Source: an uncultured Chryseobacterium sp. (GTDB taxonomy: Bacteria; Bacteroidota; Bacteroidia; Flavobacteriales_F; PHOS-HE28). Taken from it: 28,400 nucleotides of DNA. The stretch covers positions 1-28,400 of the forward strand of contig CAZFAW010000002.1 in the NCBI GenBank assembly GCA_964517015.1, given 5' to 3'. The notes below the pieces were generated by a model. It saw only the letters and a program-made list of their open reading frames with translations. It was not told where the DNA came from and did not search any database. The translations under genes and the position numbers were made by a program. This document shows, piece after piece, positions 18,079 through 25,227 of this stretch (positions are counted from its first letter, which is position 1; each line of letters opens with the position of its first letter).

Positions 18079-18720
18079 ATGACCGATGGTCCGATCCGGG
18101 TGGCGATCGTGGAGGATGATGCGGAGCTTCGGGAGCTCCTGCGCGACGAAGTGGCCCACGCCGGGGGCATGCAGGTGGTGAAGTCATTCGCCAATGGCGA
18201 TCAGTTCCTCGCCGCCCACCGGGATCTTCAGGCGCACGTGGTGCTCATGGACATCAACATGCCGGGTACGGACGGCATTGCCTGCATCCAGGAAGCGAAG
18301 CCTGCGCTGCCGTCCACGCAATTCCTCGTGCTTACCGTGTTCGAGAACCCCGCGTACATCTTCCGGGCGCTTTGTGCGGGGGCCACGGGGTACCTGGTGA
18401 AGAACAGTGCTGCGGAGGGCATCGCCGAGGCGATCCGTGCGATCCACGCGGGCGGTTCCCCCATGTCCGCCACCATCGCGCGCTTGGTGGTCAGTTCCTT
18501 CCAGGGCCAGGTACAACAGCGCATCAACGATCAACGGCTCACCGAACGAGAGAAGGAGGTGCTGGACCAACTGGCGCAAGGCCTGCTCTACAAGGAGATC
18601 GCCGCAAAGGCCGGCATCAGCATCGAAACGGTGCGCAAGCACGCCCGGCATATCTACGAGAAGCTGCAGGTGAACTCGCGCGTCGAAGCCATTCGCAAGG
18701 CCTACCCGCGCACGCCATGA
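18079..18720 (+). CDS. NarL/FixJ (LuxR-type HTH) response regulator
   Basis: REC domain VAIVEDD, VVLMDINMPGTDG, LTV, GATGYLVK; HTH LTEREKEVLDQLAQGLLYKEIA...ISIETVRKHARHIYEKLQV. Confidence 0.95.
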   Translation: MTDGPIRVAIVEDDAELRELLRDEVAHAGGMQVVKSFANGDQFLAAHRDLQAHVVLMDINMPGTDGIACIQEAKPALPSTQFLVLTVFENPAYIFRALCAGATGYLVKNSAAEGIAEAIRAIHAGGSPMSATIARLVVSSFQGQVQQRINDQRLTEREKEVLDQLAQGLLYKEIAAKAGISIETVRKHARHIYEKLQVNSRVEAIRKAYPRTP

Positions 18721-18731
18721 TCGGGCAGGGC

Positions 18732-18747
18732 TACCACCATAGGGGTA
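18732..18747 (+). promoter_or_regulatory. Operator box C (TACCACCATAGGGGTA) upstream of the TPR-cyclase pair
   Basis: TACC-N8-GGTA, followed by TTTC. CAGCTTTG (18771-18778) begins 23 nt after the box and lies 4 nt before ATG 18783. Confidence 0.65.
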
Positions 18748-18782
18748 TTTCACGCGTGCGGCAGGCCGACCAGCTTTGGCAC

Positions 18783-21176
18783 ATGGCCGGTCGTACCGCC
18801 TTTCTCCTTCTCGTGCTCTTGTGCAGCGGCCTTATCCATGCGCAGCAACAGCGCCTCGATAGCATCGAGCGTGCGTTGAAGGAGCACACTGGCGATGGAC
18901 CAGCACGGGCGCGTACCCTGGCCGAGCTCGGCCGCACCTGCTCCACGATCTCCGCGCCGCGCGCCCTCAAGGCCCTGCACGAGGCCCGCGACCTGGCCAT
19001 CCGGAACGGCGATGATCGCTTGCGCACGCGCGTGCATGTGTACGAACGCGACCTGTGGGCCCTGATGATGGAGTACGCCAAGGCCGATTCCGTCGGGCGA
19101 CTGGCCGCGACCGAGGCGGCACAGCTCCGCGATCCGCTCCTGCAGGGCATGTCGGAGGTCTACTTCTTCAGCGACGAGAACGCGTTCGACAGCCTGCAAC
19201 TTGCAACGGCTCGCGATCGGATCGACCGTGGCCTGCGCCGCATTCGCGCGACCAACGACCGCGCCGCGCTCGCCGATGCCCTGTTCATCAAGAGCGGTAC
19301 GCAAGTCCTGAACAAGGATGTTGGCACGCTCTGGCAGGCACGCGACCTGTTCGCCTCCCTGGGCGATAGCTGCGGTGTGGGCAAGTGTCTTACCTACAGT
19401 TGGATGTACGAACCCGTGGCGTCGGACCCGAACGCGGTACGCGCGAATTTCCTTCGTGCCATGCGCCTGTTCCGTGAGCAGGGGAACATCTGCTGGCAGG
19501 CCTATCAATCGGTCAATTCGGTCTGGGCCGCATCCGACAGTGCCGACTATGCCCATGCACTGTTGAACGCGCAAGAGGCTTTCGATCATGCGGAACGGTT
19601 CGGTGCACCCGAATTGTCCGCGTATTGCGGAAATGCACTAGCGGAGATGAACTTCACGCTGAATGCCGATCAAGAGGTATTGGTGCACGCGCGGAAGGTG
19701 CTGGAGCGTTCGAAGGAGCGCACCGTTCGCGGCTATGCGCACATCATGAAAGCCCGCTTGTACCTGCGTTTGGACCAGCCGGACAGCACCATCGCCGAGA
19801 CGGGACGCTGGTTGCAGGAGAACCCGGAGCGCGGTGACCACATGAACTACGGAGAGATCCAATGCGCCCTGGGTGAAGCACTACGGTTGAAAGGGGAAAC
19901 GGTCCGTGCGTTGGAGTGCCTGCGCACCTCGTACGACATCCATCACCGCTATCCGCACAATTACTGGGAGGAATCACTGGCCGCGTTGGCCTTGGGCAAG
20001 CTCTATGCGCATGCTGACGACGCTCAACTGCGGACATTGCGGATCGCTCCTGCTCAGGCGGAAGTGCAGGCCTTGCATTACTTGGAACGCGTGCTGGAGC
20101 TCGGTGCCGCTCACGGCATCCTCAAGGAACAGGAGCAGGCATTGCACGAACTGAGCCTGCTGTACGAAAGACGCGGGGACCAGGGCACGGCCCTGCGCTA
20201 CCTGCAACGCCATGCGGTGATGCGCGACAGTGTGCTCGACGAGGACAAGACGAAGTCAATCGCCTTGTTGCAGGTCCGGTACGAAACGGAGAAGAAAGAG
20301 CAGGAGATCGCGCTCCTGGGCAAGGACAAGGAGGTGCAGGCCAAGGAGATCCAGAAGCAGAAGCTCGTGCGCAACGGGTTCATCGGCGGCTTCGCGCTGG
20401 TGGCCTTGTTCGCCGGGGTGTTCCTCGTGCAGCGCAATCGCATCGGCAAGGAGAAGAAGCGCAGCGAGGAGTTGCTCCTGAACATCCTGCCCGAAGAGGT
20501 GGCCGAAGAACTCAAGGCCAAGGGCGAAGCGGAGGCCCGGCACATCGACGAGGTCACCGTGCTCTTCACGGACTTCAAAGGCTTCACGGCCATGAGCGAG
20601 GTGCTTTCGCCGAAGGCCCTCGTGCGCGACTTGCACGAGTGCTTCAGCGCCTTCGATGCCATTTGCGAGCGGTACGGCCTGGAGAAGATCAAGACCATCG
20701 GCGATGCCTACATGGCTGCTGGCGGTCTTCCCGTGCCCAACACCACGCACGCGACCGATGCGGTGGGCGCGGCGCTGGCCATGCGCGACTTCATCGCCGA
20801 AGGCAAGGCCCGGAAGATCGCCGCCGGGCTGCCCTACTTCGAAGTACGCATCGGGATACACACCGGCCCGGTCGTCGCCGGCATCGTGGGCGAAAAGAAG
20901 TTCCAGTACGACATCTGGGGCGATACGGTGAACACCGCCTCTCGCATGGAGAGCAGCGGTGAAGTGGGCAAGGTGAACATCAGCGAGGCGACGTATGCGC
21001 TGCTGAAAGAGACCATGAAGGAAAAGGACGTGAAGGATGTAGTGGATGGGGACAACGCGCAACACGCAACCCGTCAACCCGCAACTGGGCCTGCATTCCT
21101 CTTCACCCCCCGCGGGAAAGTGCAGGCAAAAGGCAAAGGCGAAATGGAGATGTACTTCGTGGAGCAACGGGCATGA
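18783..21176 (+). CDS. TPR-sensor class III adenylate cyclase (cyclase A)
   Basis: Signal peptide ending IHAQ; TPR helices; TM; [61 protein letters not shown]. The Lys in KIKTIGD and Asp in YDIWG are the established ATP-specifying residues. Confidence 0.9.
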   Translation: MAGRTAFLLLVLLCSGLIHAQQQRLDSIERALKEHTGDGPARARTLAELGRTCSTISAPRALKALHEARDLAIRNGDDRLRTRVHVYERDLWALMMEYAKADSVGRLAATEAAQLRDPLLQGMSEVYFFSDENAFDSLQLATARDRIDRGLRRIRATNDRAALADALFIKSGTQVLNKDVGTLWQARDLFASLGDSCGVGKCLTYSWMYEPVASDPNAVRANFLRAMRLFREQGNICWQAYQSVNSVWAASDSADYAHALLNAQEAFDHAERFGAPELSAYCGNALAEMNFTLNADQEVLVHARKVLERSKERTVRGYAHIMKARLYLRLDQPDSTIAETGRWLQENPERGDHMNYGEIQCALGEALRLKGETVRALECLRTSYDIHHRYPHNYWEESLAALALGKLYAHADDAQLRTLRIAPAQAEVQALHYLERVLELGAAHGILKEQEQALHELSLLYERRGDQGTALRYLQRHAVMRDSVLDEDKTKSIALLQVRYETEKKEQEIALLGKDKEVQAKEIQKQKLVRNGFIGGFALVALFAGVFLVQRNRIGKEKKRSEELLLNILPEEVAEELKAKGEAEARHIDEVTVLFTDFKGFTAMSEVLSPKALVRDLHECFSAFDAICERYGLEKIKTIGDAYMAAGGLPVPNTTHATDAVGAALAMRDFIAEGKARKIAAGLPYFEVRIGIHTGPVVAGIVGEKKFQYDIWGDTVNTASRMESSGEVGKVNISEATYALLKETMKEKDVKDVVDGDNAQHATRQPATGPAFLFTPRGKVQAKGKGEMEMYFVEQRA
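21015..21089 (+). repeat. In-frame 75-nt insertion of short tandem repeats inside cyclase A
   Basis: Purine-rich ATGAAGGAA/GTGAAGGAT/GTAGTGGAT units, then CGCAACA-CGCAACC-CGTCAACC-CGCAACT (21058-21086). 25 aa longer than cyclase C at this loop. Confidence 0.7.
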
Positions 21177-23557
21177 AGCGCACGGTCTTCATTCTACTGG
21201 CGCTGTTGTTCAGCATGCAGCTATCGGCACAACGCGCGCGCATGCAGGAGTTGGAGCACGCCCTTCAGCAGGAACCGAGGGAGAACGCCAAGCGCCTACG
21301 CACGCTCGCGGCTCTGGCGAAAACGTGCTCCACCATCGATCCCGGACGCGCCTTCCAACTTTCACAGCAGGCCGTAGCGCTCGGACAGCAGCTGAAGGAT
21401 GACGTCGGACTCACCGAAGCCTGGGTGAGCGAACGCTGGGCGCGTTACTACCTGGGCCTCTACGGCTCTTGCGACTCGATCGAAGACCTGGCCATGGCCG
21501 CGGCAGCACGCAGCGGCGATCCCCGCTCCTGGGCCCTCACCCACGGGGTGCCGCACTACGTGACCTTCGATCGGAAGGGTGTACGGCATGCCTGGATGGA
21601 ACGGTCCCTGCACATCGCCGATTCCATCGGTGATGGCGCACTGGCGGCGGAGATCCTGTTCTGGAACGGGATCAAGAACTACATCACCGAAACGCCGGAA
21701 CTCGTGGAACAGGCCCTTATCCGCTACCGGGCGATCGGCGACTCCAGCGGCGTGGCCATGTGCCTGCACAGCTTGGCGAGCTTCGAACCCTACGTTTCCG
21801 ACCCGGTGCGCAAACAGTGGTGCATCGATCACGCCACTGCCCTTTTCGATCTGGATGGGAACGTGATCTGGTCGCTCTGGCTGCACACCGATCACAGTGC
21901 CGAGGCCACCAAGCGAACAGACTATGTGACTGCTGTGCGCGAAGGCCTCGTGGCCTTGGACAAGGCGGAACAACTGGGAATGGACGTGGAGGTCATGTAT
22001 GCCCAGGACGCGCTGGCCAACTCGTACCGGGCCATGGGCGATCTGCGTACCGCGTTGAGCTACCACTTGCGCTCGCTGGACCATGCGACCGATCTCCAGA
22101 ACCATCTCGCCACGTTGAACCAGGTCGGACGTGTCTACGGCATGCTCGGAATGGCCGATAGCGCGTTCCACTACCTGGAGCGGTCCATGGCCAAGGTGCA
22201 CAAGGATCCGGACAGGAAGGTGCCCGAGGCTGAGGTCCCTTGGAGATACAATGAGGCGGAGGGGTTCCTCGCCGAAGTGCTCGCCTCACAGGGCCGCGAA
22301 GTGGAGGCCGCTTCGCACTTCCGTTCCGCGCTGGAAGCGCACCGTCGCGAGAGTGCGTTCCAAGAGGAGGCGTGGGCCGCGCTCGGGTATGGCCGTCTGC
22401 TCGCACACGCATCCGATGGGTTGTTGGTCGCGCTCGGACTTTCTGAAGAACAGGTGCGCAGGAAAGCGCGGCAGGAACTGGAACGGGCACTGGAACTGGG
22501 AAAGCAAATGCGTATGCTCAAGGAACAGGAGGACGCGTTGTTCGAACTCGCCCATCTATGCGAGATCCAGGGCGATCTTGCCAAGGCCTTCGAATACCAG
22601 AAGCTGCACGCCGCCATGAAGGACAGCGTGCTCAGCGCCGACAAAGTGAAGGCGGTAGCGCGGCTGGAGAGCGCCCGTGAGGAAGAGAAGCGCACCACGG
22701 CATTGCGCGCGGCGCAGGAGAAGAAGGATGTGGCCGCGCAGAAGGACCTCAACGAACAGCATACCCTGCGCAATTGGCTGGTGGGCGGTGTGGTGGTGGT
22801 GGCTTTGTTCGCGTTGGTCTTTTTCCTTCAACGGAACCGCACACGTAAAGAGAAAGCACGCAGCGATGAGATCCTGCACAACGTGCTGCCGGAGGAGGTG
22901 GCGCGAGAGATCAAGGCCACGGGCACGGCGAAAAGCCGCGAGTTCGATCAGGTGAGCGTGCTGTTCACGGACTTCAAGGGCTTCACCGAACTGAGCGCAA
23001 GCCTCCCGCGACAGGAATTGATGGCCGAGATCGATGCCTGCTTCAAGGTCTTCGATGGGATCAGTCATCGCCACGGCGTGGAGAAGATCAAGACCATCGG
23101 CGATGCCTACATGGCGGCGGCCGGCCTGAAGGGCGAAGCGCAGGATGCCGCGGTGAACGCCGTGCTTGCAGCGCTGGAGATGCAGGCCTTCATTGAAGCA
23201 CGGCACACCGAACGGAGCGCGCAGGGACTTCCTGCCTTCCGCATGCGCGCGGGCATCCACACCGGCCCCGTGGTGGCCGGCATCGTGGGCGAAAAGAAGT
23301 TCCAGTACGACATCTGGGGCGATACCGTGAACACGGCCAGCCGCATGGAGAGCAGCGGTGAAGTAGGCCGGGTGAACATCAGCGAGGCGACGTACCGCCT
23401 GGTGAATGGTGAAGAGCGAATGGCGAATGGAGCAGGAGGGAACTCCCATGCACCAACTCCCGTTCACCGTTCACCTGCATTCGTCTTCACCCCGCGCGGT
23501 AAGGTGCAGGCGAAGGGGAAGGGGGAGATGGAGATGTACTTCGTGGAGCGAGCGTGA
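21173..23557 (+). CDS. TPR-sensor class III adenylate cyclase (cyclase B), paralog of cyclase A
   Basis: ATGA overlap with cyclase A; signal peptide ending LSAQ; N-terminus aligns with A (RTLAxLxxTCSTI); TM; same catalytic motifs. Confidence 0.9.
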   Translation: MKRTVFILLALLFSMQLSAQRARMQELEHALQQEPRENAKRLRTLAALAKTCSTIDPGRAFQLSQQAVALGQQLKDDVGLTEAWVSERWARYYLGLYGSCDSIEDLAMAAAARSGDPRSWALTHGVPHYVTFDRKGVRHAWMERSLHIADSIGDGALAAEILFWNGIKNYITETPELVEQALIRYRAIGDSSGVAMCLHSLASFEPYVSDPVRKQWCIDHATALFDLDGNVIWSLWLHTDHSAEATKRTDYVTAVREGLVALDKAEQLGMDVEVMYAQDALANSYRAMGDLRTALSYHLRSLDHATDLQNHLATLNQVGRVYGMLGMADSAFHYLERSMAKVHKDPDRKVPEAEVPWRYNEAEGFLAEVLASQGREVEAASHFRSALEAHRRESAFQEEAWAALGYGRLLAHASDGLLVALGLSEEQVRRKARQELERALELGKQMRMLKEQEDALFELAHLCEIQGDLAKAFEYQKLHAAMKDSVLSADKVKAVARLESAREEEKRTTALRAAQEKKDVAAQKDLNEQHTLRNWLVGGVVVVALFALVFFLQRNRTRKEKARSDEILHNVLPEEVAREIKATGTAKSREFDQVSVLFTDFKGFTELSASLPRQELMAEIDACFKVFDGISHRHGVEKIKTIGDAYMAAAGLKGEAQDAAVNAVLAALEMQAFIEARHTERSAQGLPAFRMRAGIHTGPVVAGIVGEKKFQYDIWGDTVNTASRMESSGEVGRVNISEATYRLVNGEERMANGAGGNSHAPTPVHRSPAFVFTPRGKVQAKGKGEMEMYFVERA
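23401..23475. repeat. Heptamer-repeat palindromic element in frame inside cyclase B
   Basis: Left arm GGTGAAT-GGTGAAG-AGCGAAT-GGCGAAT. Right arm CCGTTCACCGTTCACC (reverse complement GGTGAACGGTGAACGG). Net 20 aa longer than cyclase C. Confidence 0.7.
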
Positions 23558-23609
23558 AACGGATCCCGGATCCAAGCAATGCGGCCAGGAGTTCAGCAAC
23601 ACAATGCGT

Positions 23610-24512
23610 TCACTCCACGATCAACCGGCCTGCGGCACCCCGGCCTCGCGCATCCACGGCGGATACCGCATAGATGCCCGGGGCGAGAGACCGCAGGTCG
23701 ACATCCACTTGCGTGTCGGCGGAGATCCCTTCATGCACGATCCGGCCGCTCGCATCGCGCACGATCACCGTATGGGGGCCGGTGAACGGCAGCGCGATGT
23801 GCACCATGTCGGCCGCAGGCACAGGCCACATACCAAGGGCAGGAGCAGGAGTGATCGTCATCCCGGTCGCCACCTCCACTTGCCACAGGTCCAGTCCGAA
23901 GCCGGGCATGTAGGAGCCGATGGCATCGAGCATGTTGCTCGCCTGGTAGAAGGTGTAGGGGCCACCGTTCGTCTGGAACATCACCACGTTGGTGATCGTG
24001 CCCCATGGTGCAGTGATCTCGCCCGAGGCCACATAGTCCACCACATCGGTGTAGGGGTTCCCGGCGATGGTGTAGTCATCGGTGAAGGTGTTGCCCAATG
24101 AGAACGGATAGGTGCAATAGGTGCGCCCCCCGACGAACTCCTCGCTGTTGGCACCCAGCAGTTCGGCGAAAGACGAGGTGACATGGAAGTGTCTCCATTC
24201 CCCGGGCGGTGTCCCGCCGTTGTCTTCGGCGCAGATCGTGGTGGTGGGATAGATGGCCGCGTAGGGGCTGTCGCCCGGTGCGTGGTAGATCACCGTCCGT
24301 GTGATGCCGAAGGGTGTCACGCCCATGGCGTTCCAGGTGTTACCCGTGCCGGAAGTGGCCAGGCCGCTGGCACTGCCATCCTGGTGATAGCTCCGGTTCT
24401 CCACCGTGCCGATGGCCGGGATGCTGGTGGCTTCCGTCAGCGTTTGCGCTGAACAGAATGAAGCAAGAGGCAGTGTGCTGATGAACAGTGATCGGCGTAA
24501 TGTGGTTCTCAT
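23610..24512 (-). CDS. T9SS type-A sorting domain-containing secreted protein of unknown function
   Basis: Signal peptide ending CSAQ; Thr/Gly-rich beta region; CTD MWPVPAADMVHI...RDASGRIV...VDLRSLAPGIYAV...RLIVE. Confidence 0.8.
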   Translation of the reverse strand: MRTTLRRSLFISTLPLASFCSAQTLTEATSIPAIGTVENRSYHQDGSASGLATSGTGNTWNAMGVTPFGITRTVIYHAPGDSPYAAIYPTTTICAEDNGGTPPGEWRHFHVTSSFAELLGANSEEFVGGRTYCTYPFSLGNTFTDDYTIAGNPYTDVVDYVASGEITAPWGTITNVVMFQTNGGPYTFYQASNMLDAIGSYMPGFGLDLWQVEVATGMTITPAPALGMWPVPAADMVHIALPFTGPHTVIVRDASGRIVHEGISADTQVDVDLRSLAPGIYAVSAVDARGRGAAGRLIVE

Positions 24513-24573
24513 GGGTACGGTAGGTCCAGTTGGTTGACCGTGGCAAAGCTGGAAGACCGGTCCTCATCCACAC

Positions 24574-24589
24574 TACGGGTCTCACCGTA
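24574..24589 (-). promoter_or_regulatory. Operator box D (TACGGTGAGACCCGTA on - strand) upstream of the second T9SS cargo
   Basis: Perfect TACGG-N6-CCGTA palindrome. CAGCTTTG (24544-24551), identical to the box C -7 motif, begins 22 nt after it. Confidence 0.55.
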
Positions 24590-24606
24590 TTCAGCCCGCG
24601 ATCCAC

Positions 24607-24732
24607 ATGATTTTGTGCATTGTGGGTGTGAAGAAGTTCGCCTACGACATCTGGGGCGATACGGTGAACACGGCCAGCCGCATGGAGAGCAGCGACGCGA
24701 CACAGCCCGGAGGTCCCGCTGCGGGCCGTTGA
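24607..24732 (+). pseudogene. Orphan fragment of a class III cyclase catalytic core (41-codon ORF)
   Basis: 24619-24693 translates as [25 protein letters not shown], nearly identical to cyclases A and B. Flanks are unrelated and the ORF stops at 24732. Confidence 0.75.
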
Positions 24733-24809
24733 GGCCGAGGCCCCGATCGACCCGTGGTCGCTGCGCCGGACCGGGATGGACCGGAACGGGTGCGCCGGCC
24801 GCCCCCTCC

Positions 24810-25148
24810 TTACGCCTTGCGCACGTAGATGCTCTTCAAACCCATGGCGCCGAACCCGTCCACCCGGCAGTCGATGTCGTGATCGCCTTCCACCAGCTTG
24901 ATGTTCTTCACCTTGGTGCCCGCTTTCACGGGTTTGGGCATGCCTTTCACGGGCAGGTCCTTGATCACCACCACGTCATCGCCGTCCTTCAGCACATTGC
25001 CGTTGGCGTCCTTGATCACGGGGCCGGCCGCCGCCGCTTCCACTTCCTCGGGGTTCCATTCGTGCCCGCATTCCGCGCACATCCACGAGGTGCCGGTGGG
25101 GTAGGTGATCGCCGAGCGGCATTCCGGACAGGGTTTCTCGTTATCCAT
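24810..25148 (-). CDS. phnA: PhnA/YjdM zinc-ribbon protein
   Basis: CPEC...CAECGHEW zinc ribbon; KDANGNVLKDGDDVVVIKDLPVKG...KAGTKVKNIKL...DIDCRVDGFGAMGLKS. TACTTTCG (25155-25162, -) lies 6 nt before the ATG. Confidence 0.9.
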   Translation of the reverse strand: MDNEKPCPECRSAITYPTGTSWMCAECGHEWNPEEVEAAAAGPVIKDANGNVLKDGDDVVVIKDLPVKGMPKPVKAGTKVKNIKLVEGDHDIDCRVDGFGAMGLKSIYVRKA

Positions 25149-25227
25149 GGACGGCGAAAGTACCCGGATGGGTCCATGGCGGGCCGCCTGGCTCCACGTT
25201 CGGCTTTCCCTTCCCATCTTTAGCGCA

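Noticed and set aside
18783-23557. Guanylate rather than adenylate cyclase assignment
   Set aside because: Specificity positions carry Lys (KIKTIGD) and Asp (YDIWG), not the Glu/Cys pair typical of guanylate cyclases.
16200-24600. Signalling island as a mobile or horizontally acquired element
   Set aside because: The sensor regions look slightly less GC3-biased by eye, but I could not quantify this, and there is no integrase, transposase, tRNA or flanking direct repeat.
24619-24693. Cyclase fragment as a diversity-generating retroelement template repeat
   Set aside because: Differences from cyclases A, B and C are not at fragment adenines (e.g. GTG vs GAA, GCC vs CAG), and there is no reverse transcriptase in the window.
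24810-25148. phnA as evidence for phosphonate catabolism
   Set aside because: This small zinc-ribbon YjdM/PhnA family is distinct from phosphonoacetate hydrolase, and no phn transport or C-P lyase genes are present.
25161-25176. TACCCGGATGGGTCCA upstream of cyclase C as a fifth operator box
   Set aside because: Arm spacing does not give TAC-N10-GTA, it is 38 nt rather than 22-23 nt from the -7-like motif, and it overlaps the phnA promoter motif.
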